A DNA stretch of 64,000 bases from positions 22,951-86,950 of the forward strand of contig CAZUKY010000001.1 of NCBI GenBank assembly GCA_964621085.1, in the 5' to 3' direction. This document shows, one piece after another, positions 50,640-61,121 of the stretch. A program made the translations under genes and the position numbers. Every line of letters begins with the position of its first letter. The stretch's first letter is position 1. The DNA comes from an uncultured Gammaproteobacteria bacterium. Lineage in GTDB: Bacteria > Patescibacteriota > Patescibacteriia > JACQRZ01. A model generated the notes under the pieces. It saw only the letters and a program-made list of their open reading frames with translations. It had not been told where the DNA came from and ran no database searches.

Positions 50640-51710
50640 TCACTCGAGTATCCGCATCTTCACTGAGAAATCCGCGCCCTTTCTTCGAATGGTCATGCTA
50701 ATCGTTTCTCCGGGCCGATATTGCGCGAGCGCTTCAGAAAGGCTTCTGTTCGCGTCGATAATCTCGTTTTCAACCGTTAAAACGGTATCGCCGGCCTGAA
50801 GGTTTCCGACTGCAGCCTCTGCGGCAAGCAGCGGCAGTGCCGGCTTTGTCTGAATAATCGTCGCGCCGAGCGTTTCGCGCGTTCCGCCCGGAAGCGCTGC
50901 CGTATGCGCATTATCAGTATAGCGTATTTCATACGCCGAGGCACGGATGTCTCCGGATTTGAAGAGTCCGGCGATCGCATCCTTCATATACTTTGCCGGC
51001 ACAATGCCTCGTGCGGTCGTTAAACCGACAAGCTCTCGCTGTGCCGTAACTGCCGGGATACCGCTGAGAGGAAACTCCTGAGACGGATTAAAGACTTTTG
51101 CAAATTTTCTCGTTGACTGGTCGCGGCTCTCAGCAGTGCCGGATGGGTAAAACGCTGCCGTAAGAATAACGGGTTCGAGGTCTCGTGCACTGCGAACCAG
51201 CGTCGCGGACTGCAGGCGCGAGAGATCCTGAGAACTGGCCAGAGAGATCGGCTTCCACCCTGCTGCAGCAACCTTTGCATAGATGACCGGCACTCGCGAA
51301 TCGCGCACCATTTTTTCGATGCGGTAGCTTTGGTTCTGCTCATCGACAACGATCGTGCCCGTGTCAATCGCGGCTGTTGTCGCAAGCCAGCCATCCGCCG
51401 TCAGTGCTACGCCGTATCCCTCAAGCGTATCAAGATATCGATTGCGCTCAGCCGGATTTCGCTCCTCTTTCTGGCTGCCATCATACAGGCGGATAACACT
51501 CGGTCCAAACGCAGCTCCAAGGCGTTCCAAGTCTGCGCGCGCATCGGGTGCGGTACTGTCGATATACACGGTCGGCTCGCTTTGAAGCTCAAATTGGGCG
51601 ATATCCATGCTGCTCGTCAAAACAGTGGTCGCAACTCCTCCGGCAAAACCGCCGACGATGCTCATGCACGCGATTGAGAGGTATCCAAGTAATCGAAGGG
51701 GTCGGATCAT
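50640..51710 (-). CDS. Membrane-anchored PDZ-domain protein (HtrA-like architecture; protease catalytic motifs not evident)
   Basis: C-terminal PDZ-like region GNLQAGDTVLTVENEIID...GETISMTI. No GNSGG serine motif was seen. Confidence 0.45.
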   Translation of the reverse strand: MIRPLRLLGYLSIACMSIVGGFAGGVATTVLTSSMDIAQFELQSEPTVYIDSTAPDARADLERLGAAFGPSVIRLYDGSQKEERNPAERNRYLDTLEGYGVALTADGWLATTAAIDTGTIVVDEQNQSYRIEKMVRDSRVPVIYAKVAAAGWKPISLASSQDLSRLQSATLVRSARDLEPVILTAAFYPSGTAESRDQSTRKFAKVFNPSQEFPLSGIPAVTAQRELVGLTTARGIVPAKYMKDAIAGLFKSGDIRASAYEIRYTDNAHTAALPGGTRETLGATIIQTKPALPLLAAEAAVGNLQAGDTVLTVENEIIDANRSLSEALAQYRPGETISMTIRRKGADFSVKMRILE

Positions 51711-51717
51711 AAAAAAA

Positions 51718-52497
51718 TCACAGTGAATTCCAGAGTGCGGTGCAAAGTGCGACACCGCCCATGCCACCGCACAAAACCATGTACGTGACGATTTGGCGCC
51801 GCGAAATCTCGTTGACGACGGCAGAAATGCTTAAATTCGAAAATGCATAATAGGCGGCGGTCAGGACAAACGCATTCACATAATAAATAGTCGGCAGATA
51901 TTGCAAAACAAAAACCGATTCGACAAGAATAAGCGCCCATGCGGTCAAAAGAAGGAAGAGCTGCCTCTTCCCCATTGCGTGCAGCAATGCGTATTGCGCA
52001 AAGAATATGAGGCTTGCGGCGAGAAACGGAGGAAGCAGATACCACAGCGGGATATCGAGAAAATAATGAAGGCCGAACAGAATTCCTGCAAGGTAGAAAA
52101 ACACAACTGTCTGGAACACGCCATTAATATGCAGCAGTGACCGTTCCTGGTAATAGTGGCTGCGATAAAAGTGGTAGTACATATTCAGAAGATAAATCAT
52201 CTGCAGAATGGCATTGAAGCCGATAACGGTATTTTTGAGCAATGCATTCTCAACGATAAACAGCATTCCGAACGAACCGGCGATGAGTCCGACCGGCGGC
52301 AGGGAAACAAAGAAGATCTGCGCACGGCCCGTCCCTTTCGGCGTCATAAGCGTAAGGCACGCGTCGGTCAGCACAAAGGCGGCAAGAAGAAGCCAGCCGA
52401 ACCAAGATTCGAAATGCAGCGCAAGCGCCAAAAGAGCGGTTTGCGCTGCGGGAAGCAATAGAATGATACTGCGTCGTATACGGGTCATAGCGTGCAT
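51718..52497 (-). CDS. Integral membrane protein, hypothetical
   Basis: About 7 predicted TM segments. Confidence 0.45.
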   Translation of the reverse strand: MHAMTRIRRSIILLLPAAQTALLALALHFESWFGWLLLAAFVLTDACLTLMTPKGTGRAQIFFVSLPPVGLIAGSFGMLFIVENALLKNTVIGFNAILQMIYLLNMYYHFYRSHYYQERSLLHINGVFQTVVFFYLAGILFGLHYFLDIPLWYLLPPFLAASLIFFAQYALLHAMGKRQLFLLLTAWALILVESVFVLQYLPTIYYVNAFVLTAAYYAFSNLSISAVVNEISRRQIVTYMVLCGGMGGVALCTALWNSL

Positions 52498-52513
52498 CTC
52501 ATCGGCTGTCGGA

Positions 52514-53620
52514 TCAGATTGCGTGATAGATCGCCTGCGTTCGTTGTGCCATTGCATTCCACGAATACAGGGAAATTCGGGATTCGCCTGCGCGTATCAG
52601 CTGCTCGCGCAGGCCTTGATCGGTACGGATACGATCAAGCGTCTCCAGTATAGCATTCGGATCTCTGGGATCAAAATAAAGCGCGGCAGGACCATATATT
52701 TCGCGAAAAACGGGAATATCGGATGCGACGAGCGGCGCGCCGTGCCGCATCGCCTCCAAACCGGGCAGGCCAAAGCCCTCTTCCAGCGAGGGACATGCGA
52801 CGCAGAGCGCGTTCCGGTACAGCCATGCCAACTGACCGTCAGACACGCGCCCGAGATGAATGACATTCGCAAGCCCGCTCGCCGCGATGGCTGCGGCAAA
52901 GCGGCGCTGAAAAAAATCTTCCTGACCGCAAAAAACAAGCGCCACGTCCTTCTCTCCGCGCGAACGCATACGCTCGAATGCCGCAAGCAGGGCTTCCAGA
53001 TTCTTGTGAGGATATGCGTTTCCGACCGCAAGCACATAGGGAGACGGCACGGACACGGGGGTCTCCGCGCCGGAGGGGGCCAATGCATCGGCACCTTCAT
53101 GGATAGCGACGATCTTTTCCGAAGAAACGTTCAGTGTGCGGACGATATCATCGGCAACCGTTTGCGACACCGCGATAACCCGATGCGCTCTACGCACAGC
53201 TGAGGCAAGCACGGCCCGGTAGGCCCGGTATTTCACCCAGTGGATAAGAGGGGTGCGCGTTGATGCGGCCGTCGTTGCCGAGAGCGGATGCTTCAGAAGA
53301 ATAATGTCATGAATCGTAACAAGAAAACGCACTGGCGCAAAAAGCGGAACATTGAAGTGCGTAAAATGCATGCAGTCGAGCCGGTACCGTGCGATACGCA
53401 ACGGGAACATGATCTGCTCTGCCAGCGAGTACCACCGATAGGGTGCGCGAATTTTGTGGAATCGAGGCGAGACGGGCTCGTATGCATCCCACGAACGCGA
53501 ATGCATAAATATAAAAAATTCGTCGTCACCGGCTGATTTTTCAAGCTCGCAAATCAGACGCTGAATATAGCGCCCAATGCCGGACTCGCCGAGCATCCGA
53601 GCGTCGATTCCTATGCGCAT
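52514..53620 (-). CDS. Glycosyltransferase family 4 (GT-B)
   Basis: C-terminal E-x7-E GT4 signature region (PSLEEGFGLPGLEAM). Confidence 0.8.
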   Translation of the reverse strand: MRIGIDARMLGESGIGRYIQRLICELEKSAGDDEFFIFMHSRSWDAYEPVSPRFHKIRAPYRWYSLAEQIMFPLRIARYRLDCMHFTHFNVPLFAPVRFLVTIHDIILLKHPLSATTAASTRTPLIHWVKYRAYRAVLASAVRRAHRVIAVSQTVADDIVRTLNVSSEKIVAIHEGADALAPSGAETPVSVPSPYVLAVGNAYPHKNLEALLAAFERMRSRGEKDVALVFCGQEDFFQRRFAAAIAASGLANVIHLGRVSDGQLAWLYRNALCVACPSLEEGFGLPGLEAMRHGAPLVASDIPVFREIYGPAALYFDPRDPNAILETLDRIRTDQGLREQLIRAGESRISLYSWNAMAQRTQAIYHAI

Positions 53621-54726
53621 ACCGCGTCATTAAAAATTTGGCGCGTCATTCGCGCAGCATCATCCCATGAAAAACCAAGAGCCGCGCTCGGACGAGCGGG
53701 TGTGCGCGTCGCGTCCGGATCCCCTGACATGGCTTCTTCAATCGCATGAGCAAGCGACTCCACGTCATAGGGATCGATGAGAAGTGCCGAGTCGCCGACA
53801 ACCTCTCCGATACTCGAGTCAAGCGCCGCGATCACGGGAGTGCCAGCGCTGAGCGCCTCGAGCGGCGGAATGCCGAATCCCTCGTAGACGCTCGGATAGA
53901 CGCACAGAGACGCCCGCGCGTACAGCCGCGCTAACGCATCGCGCGAACAAAAGGGCGCCACGACGCAGCGCTCGGATTTCCGAGCAATCGCACGCGCTCT
54001 GCGCAGGTGCTCGCGAGGAACGCCCGCGATCACAAGAAAGGTATCCCGAAGGGCTGGCATGCGCGAGAGAGCCAAGCCGAACGCCTCGATAAGAAATGGA
54101 ATATTTTTCCGCGTATCATGAATACCGAATGCGAGGATATAGCGCTCCTCTGCACTTCGGCGATGCATGCGAACAGGAGAGATCGCAGGCGCTCCCAGCG
54201 GTATCGTTGCAATACGATCCTCGCGAATGCCGAATGATGAAATCACATCATTTTTGGTGCTTTCCGATACTGCGATGATCCGAGATGCGTCGTGCGCCTT
54301 CTGGCAAAAATTGACCAGCGCATGCCACGCTCTCGATTTCGGCCGCAAAAAATGCGAGTAATACGCAAAACTCAAGTCATGAAGCGTGAGAACGTTTTTG
54401 GTGCCGCGATCCAACGCAAAAAAATCGGCATTGGGGGCAAAAAAAAGATCGATGGCAACGCCGGTAGTCCGCCTGATGAGAAAATTAACGGTCGGAAAAC
54501 GAAAGAGAAAAAAACAGGCATTGAGCACTTTATTCGGCACAGGGATATGAACAGCGCGAACATGCGGGGCGGAGAAATCAGCCGCGGGCCGGCACCGTCC
54601 CGCCGAAAAAAGGATGTAGTGATTCCCGTCATTCTCGCGAAGAAGCGCATTGATGATGGAACGCGTATACTCTGCAATACCTCCCCGATTTTCAATAAGA
54701 GAACGGATGTCTATGGCAATAGTCAT
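53611..54726 (-). CDS. Glycosyltransferase family 4 (GT-B), tandem paralog
   Basis: PSVYEGFGIPPLEAL motif. Overlaps the previous GT gene by 10 nt. Confidence 0.8.
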   Translation of the reverse strand: MTIAIDIRSLIENRGGIAEYTRSIINALLRENDGNHYILFSAGRCRPAADFSAPHVRAVHIPVPNKVLNACFFLFRFPTVNFLIRRTTGVAIDLFFAPNADFFALDRGTKNVLTLHDLSFAYYSHFLRPKSRAWHALVNFCQKAHDASRIIAVSESTKNDVISSFGIREDRIATIPLGAPAISPVRMHRRSAEERYILAFGIHDTRKNIPFLIEAFGLALSRMPALRDTFLVIAGVPREHLRRARAIARKSERCVVAPFCSRDALARLYARASLCVYPSVYEGFGIPPLEALSAGTPVIAALDSSIGEVVGDSALLIDPYDVESLAHAIEEAMSGDPDATRTPARPSAALGFSWDDAARMTRQIFNDAVCA

Positions 54727-54749
54727 AACGCGTGAGGCTGGCCTTCTAT

Positions 54750-55649
54750 TTATCGAAAGGTGTAGTACAGGTGGTTGGAAAAACGGACATCAATTTTTGC
54801 GAGCCGCGCACGATCGCTTCCGATTTTTTGGTCGAGAAGCGTCTTTAGGTAGAAAATTTGTTCGGCGCGATCATCCAGCGGCGTCATTGCAAGCACCCAT
54901 CCCTCACTCGTCCGAACGGTGATGTCGGACGCAAGGGGCGCCATTTCAAGGTGCGTCGCCGTAACCCCGATTGCTGCCAGTTCCGGCATGAGCGGCACGA
55001 TAAAATCAACGGCGCTTTGAGTCAAAACGGGCTTGCCAAGTTCAATGGGCTGGTTTGACGGATCAATAACAAGTGGCAGCGCGTCTCGCGCAGAACTCTG
55101 CGCTTGTGCCCCTTCCGATTCGGATCCATCTGCATCCAAGCCAATCGCGCTGCCTCCGCTCAGGCCCTGATCGGACGGGTCCCCTGAACGATGGATCTTT
55201 ATGACAACACCGCGACCGTCGACGTCATACCGAACGTCCCCCGTCTTCCAGATGATGCGCTGAGGAAATCCGGATAACTGAATGTCGAGTGTATTCGGGA
55301 ACTTTCGTGAGATCCGAAGGTTTTCCAGCGCATAGGACTCGCGAATCCGCTTCGCCGCCGCTGAAGGGTCAAAAAAGAGAATATTTTTTTGCGGCATAAG
55401 CCCGAATCTGCGCTCATCCATTTGCGCATAGATGAGTGCGCGGATCTCGCCCTCATCAATATGCTCTCCCGTATCCAACATGACCCGATCGATCGCGAAA
55501 TGCGGGGACTCGACAAAATACGCGAGCAAGCCCCCGACGCAAAGAATCGGAAGTATGGCAGCGGCCCGGCGAATGGCGCGCGAGCGAAAAGCTGCCCGCT
55601 GCCGCTGCTGCCGACGCGACGGCAACGGGTTGGAACGAAATGCCGCCAT
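54750..55649 (-). CDS. Cell division protein FtsQ/DivIB-like (POTRA domain)
   Basis: N-terminal TM helix followed by a POTRA-like region (IDRVMLDTGEHIDEGEIRALI...). Confidence 0.5.
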   Translation of the reverse strand: MAAFRSNPLPSRRQQRQRAAFRSRAIRRAAAILPILCVGGLLAYFVESPHFAIDRVMLDTGEHIDEGEIRALIYAQMDERRFGLMPQKNILFFDPSAAAKRIRESYALENLRISRKFPNTLDIQLSGFPQRIIWKTGDVRYDVDGRGVVIKIHRSGDPSDQGLSGGSAIGLDADGSESEGAQAQSSARDALPLVIDPSNQPIELGKPVLTQSAVDFIVPLMPELAAIGVTATHLEMAPLASDITVRTSEGWVLAMTPLDDRAEQIFYLKTLLDQKIGSDRARLAKIDVRFSNHLYYTFR

Positions 55650-55658
55650 ATGCGTCTT

Positions 55659-56930
55659 CTATCGCCTTTTGCGGATTCGATCGAACCCGCAGTACTTCAC
55701 AAGCGCATCAGGAATATGGACTGTTCCGTCCTCTTCCTGATTATTCTCTAAAATCGCAATGAGCGCACGACTGATAGCAACTGCCGTTCCGTTGAGGGTA
55801 TGAAGGAACTCTTTCGTGCCGTCTGCCCGTTTCATCTTAATATTCAGGCCGCGCGACTGGAAATCCGTGCAGTTCGATGTCGAGGTTACCTCGGCGAAGT
55901 CTCCCATGCCGCCCGCCGCATTCGGCTTGCCCGGCATCCACGCCTCCAGGTCAAATGTCCGGTAGGATGGCGTTCCGAGATCGGCGGTGCAATGGTCGAT
56001 GACGCGGAACGGTATGCGCAATCCCTCAAAGATCTCCCGCTCGATCGCGAGGAGTTCGGCATGCGCCGACTCGCTCTGCTCCGGCGTCGCGTATACGAAC
56101 ATCTCGACCTTGGTGAACTGATGAACGCGAAACGTTCCCTTTGTGAACTTCGAGTATGCACCCGCCTCAGTTCGAAAGCAGTGCGAGACGGCGACATACT
56201 TCAGCGGCAGATCTGCCTCATCGAGCACCTCGTTCATGTGATAACCGCCCATGGTGATTTCCGCGGTTCCAATGAGACTTAAGTCGCTATTCTCGATATT
56301 GTACACCTGTGTCGACTCGCCGCGCGGATTGAATCCGAGCCCTTCCAAAACCTCGCGCTTGGCAAGATCCGGCGTCGTACACGGAATAAACCCATGTTGC
56401 CCTACGATGTCCAGTGCATAGCGGATAAGGGCGAACTCCAGGAGTGCAAGCTCGTTTTTGAGATAGTAAAACTTCGCGCCGCTCACTTTTGCCGCCCGGT
56501 CAAAATCGATCAGGTCGTGCTTTTGGGCAAGCTCCACATGATCCAGGGGCGTAAAGTCAAATGATGTCGGCTCAAGGAAGCTATCGAGGACAGGATTGTC
56601 GTCCTCATTCTCGCTCACGCGCACGTCGGGATGCGTCACGTTGGGAACAGCAAGCCAAAGCCCGCGCAGTTCTTCCTCGACTGACTGTGCCTCTACCTCA
56701 AGAGACTGGATCTGGGACCCGACCTCCTTCATCTCCTCAATCGTTTCAGGAGTCGGCTTCGTCTTGGATGCGGCATTTCGCTTGGCGCGCAGCTCATCAA
56801 TGGCCGTCTCCAACTCCCGGCGGCGCGCATCAAGCGTCAAGAGCCTGTCGACGTCGACATTGGCGAGCCGATGCGCAGCATTGGCCTTTACGAGATCAGC
56901 GTGTTCTCTGATAAATTTGAGATCGAGCAT
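55659..56930 (-). CDS. serS: Seryl-tRNA synthetase
   Basis: N-terminal coiled-coil arm and class II motifs 1-3. Confidence 0.93.
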   Translation of the reverse strand: MLDLKFIREHADLVKANAAHRLANVDVDRLLTLDARRRELETAIDELRAKRNAASKTKPTPETIEEMKEVGSQIQSLEVEAQSVEEELRGLWLAVPNVTHPDVRVSENEDDNPVLDSFLEPTSFDFTPLDHVELAQKHDLIDFDRAAKVSGAKFYYLKNELALLEFALIRYALDIVGQHGFIPCTTPDLAKREVLEGLGFNPRGESTQVYNIENSDLSLIGTAEITMGGYHMNEVLDEADLPLKYVAVSHCFRTEAGAYSKFTKGTFRVHQFTKVEMFVYATPEQSESAHAELLAIEREIFEGLRIPFRVIDHCTADLGTPSYRTFDLEAWMPGKPNAAGGMGDFAEVTSTSNCTDFQSRGLNIKMKRADGTKEFLHTLNGTAVAISRALIAILENNQEEDGTVHIPDALVKYCGFDRIRKRR

Positions 56931-56955
56931 ACCTATTCTGTGATCTTTATGTTGA

Positions 56956-58476
56956 TCAGTTCTCTGTCTTTGGTCGCAGCGTCGGAAACAAGATGACCTC
57001 TTTGATATTGGCGTTGTCGGTCAGCAGGCATACCAACCTATCGATTCCGATACCCAAACCCGCTGTCGGGGGCATGCCGTACTCAAGCGCGTGCACATAA
57101 TCCATATCAATGCGATGCGCCTCTTCATCCCCTGCCTCGGCCGCTTTTTGCTGGTCGCAAAATCGTGCAAGTTGATCTTGCGGATCGTTAAGCTCAGAAA
57201 ACGCGTTGACAACCTCGACTCCGCCGAAGACGAGCTGAAAGCGCTCGACAAATCGAGGATCATCTGCCTTCTTCTTCGAGAGCGGAGAAAGCTCGATCGG
57301 GTGGTCGATGAGAAACGTGGGCTGCATTGTTTTTGAGACGACATACTTCTTCAACAGATCGTCAAAGATCTGTCCGCGTGTGACGTTTTTTTCAACATCA
57401 ACCCCGAGCTTGCCGGCCTGCTTTTTCAGCTCCGCATCCGAGACATCGGCAATATCAATGCCTGTTGCATCCGCAATCGCGTCGCGGAATGAGACGCGCG
57501 GAAAAGGATTGGCGAATGAGAGCGTCTGACCGCGCGCGGCAAACTCGAGCCCTCCGTGAACCGCAAGCACGACATGGCGGAAGAGATTTTCCATCATGTT
57601 CATGAGTAGGTGGTAGTCCGCATACGCTATATATGCCTCCAGCATGGTGAACTCCGGATTGTGCGTATGGTCGATCCCCTCGTTCCGGAAGCAGCGCGCA
57701 AACTCGAAGACGCGCTCATATCCGCCGACGATAAGTCGCTTCAAATAAAGTTCCGGCGCAATCCGCAGATACATGTCGATATCCAGCGCGTTGTGATGGG
57801 TCAAAAACGGCCGCGCCGTCGCTCCGCCTGGAATAGACTGCAACACCGGCGTCTCAACCTCCAAAAAACCTTCATCTTCGAAAAAGCTGCGAATCGTCTT
57901 GATGACAGTCGCACGATGCTGAAAAACCTTTCGCACTTCCTCATTGGCGATGAGATCCAGATACCGCTGTCGGAAGCGTGTCTCGATATCTGAAAGCCCA
58001 TGCCACTGCTCCGGGAGCGGCAAAAGCGCTTTGGAGAGGATCCGAAAGCCCGGGTCCGATCCGACCTCGAGCGTTTGCTCGCCCGTCTTGGTGAGAAATA
58101 GTGTTCCGGTTGCCTCAATAAAGTCTCCCAAATCAAGGAGATTTTTAATGACGGAGAACTGCTCGTCGCCTACCGCATCCCGACGGAAAAAAAGCTGAAA
58201 CTTACCAGTCCCGTCTTCGATTACGACAAACGCCGACCCGCCGTGCTGCCGAATACTTCGTACGCGGCCCGCAAGGGTTACGACGGTGCCCTCCGCACTC
58301 CAGGTCTCGAACCACTCGTGCGCGCGCTCGCACGCCGCCGTCCGCCCCGACCGCGCCGGATAGGGGTCCATTCCCAACTTCTTCAGCTCTTCCAATTTTT
58401 GAAGTCTCACTCCCCGCTCCTCTGGTACCATAGGATACAGAATCGTATTAGAAACAAGGACAGAAATTTCCTTCAT
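56956..58476 (-). CDS. lysS: Lysyl-tRNA synthetase (class II)
   Basis: OB-fold anticodon-binding domain and class IIb catalytic motifs (FRNEGID..., GGVE...). The start may be at 58431. Confidence 0.93.
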   Translation of the reverse strand: MKEISVLVSNTILYPMVPEERGVRLQKLEELKKLGMDPYPARSGRTAACERAHEWFETWSAEGTVVTLAGRVRSIRQHGGSAFVVIEDGTGKFQLFFRRDAVGDEQFSVIKNLLDLGDFIEATGTLFLTKTGEQTLEVGSDPGFRILSKALLPLPEQWHGLSDIETRFRQRYLDLIANEEVRKVFQHRATVIKTIRSFFEDEGFLEVETPVLQSIPGGATARPFLTHHNALDIDMYLRIAPELYLKRLIVGGYERVFEFARCFRNEGIDHTHNPEFTMLEAYIAYADYHLLMNMMENLFRHVVLAVHGGLEFAARGQTLSFANPFPRVSFRDAIADATGIDIADVSDAELKKQAGKLGVDVEKNVTRGQIFDDLLKKYVVSKTMQPTFLIDHPIELSPLSKKKADDPRFVERFQLVFGGVEVVNAFSELNDPQDQLARFCDQQKAAEAGDEEAHRIDMDYVHALEYGMPPTAGLGIGIDRLVCLLTDNANIKEVILFPTLRPKTEN

Positions 58477-58581
58477 CTGTCATAGATTGAGTCTATAAAA
58501 AAAACCTTTTTGCGTCAAAAGAGAGCGACTGAGTCTCTTTTGGGAAGCCATGCTGGTGTCGTGCCCAGGCAAATGATTTTC

Positions 58582-58617
58582 AAAAAAACCGCCGATGGGC
58601 GGTTCTTTCTTTTTTTA
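58582..58617. terminator. Bidirectional rho-independent terminator downstream of greA
   Basis: ACCGCC-GATG-GGCGGT hairpin flanked by A7 and a T-rich run. Confidence 0.6.
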
Positions 58618-58629
58618 AGGTTAGCACTC

Positions 58630-59088
58630 CTACTCGATCTTGACGATTTCGTACTCGAATTCTCCGCGGGGAGCGGCAACAGTCACCTTCTCGCCAACTT
58701 TCTTGCCGAGAAACGCTCTTCCGAGCGGCGACTCGTGCGAAATCTTGCTCGAAAGCGGGTCTGCCTCTTCCGAGCCCACGATCATGTATGTGGCACTCGT
58801 ACCGTTCGTCTTTATCGTAACGGTTGAGCCAATCGCAACGACTGAGTGTTGGGATGGCGTCTCGTCAATAACAACCGCTTGCTTGAGCGTTGTCTCGTAC
58901 TCAAGAATTTTTGACTCAAGCATTGCCTGCTCATCCTTGGCCTCGGCGTATTCAGCATTTTCGCGAAGATCGCCCAATTCTTTCGCTGCTGCGATACGGT
59001 CGATGATCTCCTTTCGGAGGACCGTTTTCATGTGATCAAGTTCAGTCTTCAACTTTTCAAGCCCGTCTTTTGTCAGATAGTGTGTCAT
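58630..59088 (-). CDS. greA: Transcription elongation factor GreA
   Basis: Coiled-coil N-domain with the acidic tip region and an FKBP-like C-domain. Confidence 0.9.
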   Translation of the reverse strand: MTHYLTKDGLEKLKTELDHMKTVLRKEIIDRIAAAKELGDLRENAEYAEAKDEQAMLESKILEYETTLKQAVVIDETPSQHSVVAIGSTVTIKTNGTSATYMIVGSEEADPLSSKISHESPLGRAFLGKKVGEKVTVAAPRGEFEYEIVKIE

Positions 59089-59139
59089 ATGTGTTTGATA
59101 CGAAAGACCCCTCTCACGGTACGTTTAATAATACAGGAC

Positions 59140-59168
59140 AGTCTAGAGCCTTTCCCCTTTGCTGTCAA
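59140..59168 (-). promoter_or_regulatory. Sigma70-like promoter for greA (TTGACA, 17-nt spacer, TAGACT on the minus strand)
   Basis: Consensus -35 and a 17-nt spacer. Confidence 0.5.
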
Positions 59169-61112
59169 TCATGGGGCTGTGGATTCTTTCGAACCTTGCG
59201 CGCGCCCCTCAAAGTACCACTTGAGAATATCAAAAGCGACAGGTGATGCGATTGTGCTTCCCTCCTCCCCCTCCTCCACAAGGACCGTGATCGCAACTTC
59301 CGGATTCTCATACGGCGCCCAGCCGGTAAACCACGCATGCGGATCTTTCTTCGTGCCCCATTGGGCGGTGCCCGTCTTGCCCGCTGCTGATACCGGGAGT
59401 GCGCGCAGTCTCGCTGCGCTTCCTGCCTGCACGGTCTGCCGCATGCCTTCGCGCACTGTTGAAACGGCCTCAGGGCCGACGACATTTTTCCGGTCCGCCG
59501 TTGGCGTTGTGGGAGTTCGCAATCCATTCGGTTCGATCACTGCCTGTACGAGACGCGGCGTATAGCTGATCCCGCTATTCGCGAAATATTCGGTGAAGTG
59601 ATTGATTTGCAACGGGGTTGCCAGCAGATCACCCTGTCCGATCGATACGTGGTATGTGTCTCCAATGTACCACGGCTCTCCCTTTTTTTCTTTTTTCCAT
59701 CCGGGCGTGGGGACGAAACCGCTGCGCTCTCCCGGATAATCTATGCCTGTTTTTGCACCGAGACCAAAGGAACGCAATCCGTCGACAAGCCGGTCAATAC
59801 CTAATCCTCGGATATCGCCATACCCCCCGCCGATCGCGTAAAAAAAAGTATTAACGGACTCGGCGATCGCCTTGACGGCGTTCGTGCGCCCATGCCCTCC
59901 TGCCTTCCAGTCGGGAAACCGCCATTGCCCGATGGCGATTCCGCCGACAGAGAGAATTGTCGTTCGCGGAGTGATCACGCCCTCATCCAACGCCTTTGCG
60001 GCGACAATCGGCTTGACCGTCGAACCGGTGGGATATTCTCCATAGATTGCGCGATTGAAGAGCGGGAAATCCGGGTTATCGATGAGTTCTCGATATTCGA
60101 AAATCGATATTCCGCGCGAAAAAACATTGTTGTCGTACGATGGAAGGCTCACCATTGCAAGGATTTCGCCGGTTCGGGGACGCGAAATAATGACGACGCC
60201 GCGCTTTTTCCCCGCCTTTTGCATCCACTCGGCAAGGACTTCTTCGGCCTTTATCTGGAGCTGCCGATCGAGTGTTAAAATAAGATTTTTCCCGTCGACC
60301 GGTGCGCCTTCCGAAAGCACGCTTTTTTCCGCGCCGAGCGCGTCAACTTCAACGGTGCGATACCCGGGCACGCCCCGCAGTTCGGATTCGTACATCAGTT
60401 CCAGCCCTTCTTTCCCAATGGTGTCGTTGAGATGGTACTCGCGCTCGCGCCCTACGCGTTCCTTTTCGCTAATGCGTCCGGTATATCCGATGATATGCGA
60501 CAGGGAGGATGCGGCGCGATCATAACTTCTCCGCTGGGATTCATGCATGGTAACTCCGGGCATCCCGACACTCGCAACCTCAAAACGCAAGGCGTCATCA
60601 TAGTCAAGCGCATCAACGATCTGCTGCGGCTGATAGCGGCTTCCCTCCTCCAGCCGCTGTTCGATCTCTTCTGCAGACACGCCAAACAGCCGGGCCATAG
60701 CATCAAGCTGCGCACGTCGCACGGACGCGTCCGACGGCAGCTCTGAGGGGACCACACGCACGACGAAGTTCGGAATGTTGTGCGTCAGAACGACGCCGTT
60801 CCGATCGTACATAATGCCGCGCTTTGCCGGAAGGATTTCTGTTTTTTCCTTATTCCGCTCGGCAAGCAAGGCAAGTCCCTGGCCCTCGATAATCTGAAGA
60901 TACGCGACACGGGCGAAAAAAAGCCCGAAGACTGCAGTTATGCACCAAAAAAATACCGTAATATGACGTGCGTCGATCGTTACGCCCAAAAATTCATGAC
61001 GATCAGCAGTGCGGTCGGGATCGAATGAAGACTCGACCCACTCGGATCGGCGATGATTCTTGTAGCCAAGCGCGAGCTCAAATCGCGGCGCGAACGGTGC
61101 AAAGCGACGCAT
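59169..61112 (-). CDS. mrdA: Penicillin-binding protein 2 (class B transpeptidase)
   Basis: SxxK (STVK), SxN (SVN) and KTGT (GKTGTAQ) motifs, with an N-terminal TM anchor. Adjacent to an MreD-like gene. Confidence 0.85.
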   Translation of the reverse strand: MRRFAPFAPRFELALGYKNHRRSEWVESSFDPDRTADRHEFLGVTIDARHITVFFWCITAVFGLFFARVAYLQIIEGQGLALLAERNKEKTEILPAKRGIMYDRNGVVLTHNIPNFVVRVVPSELPSDASVRRAQLDAMARLFGVSAEEIEQRLEEGSRYQPQQIVDALDYDDALRFEVASVGMPGVTMHESQRRSYDRAASSLSHIIGYTGRISEKERVGREREYHLNDTIGKEGLELMYESELRGVPGYRTVEVDALGAEKSVLSEGAPVDGKNLILTLDRQLQIKAEEVLAEWMQKAGKKRGVVIISRPRTGEILAMVSLPSYDNNVFSRGISIFEYRELIDNPDFPLFNRAIYGEYPTGSTVKPIVAAKALDEGVITPRTTILSVGGIAIGQWRFPDWKAGGHGRTNAVKAIAESVNTFFYAIGGGYGDIRGLGIDRLVDGLRSFGLGAKTGIDYPGERSGFVPTPGWKKEKKGEPWYIGDTYHVSIGQGDLLATPLQINHFTEYFANSGISYTPRLVQAVIEPNGLRTPTTPTADRKNVVGPEAVSTVREGMRQTVQAGSAARLRALPVSAAGKTGTAQWGTKKDPHAWFTGWAPYENPEVAITVLVEEGEEGSTIASPVAFDILKWYFEGRAQGSKESTAP

Positions 61113-61121
61113 AGAGAGTCT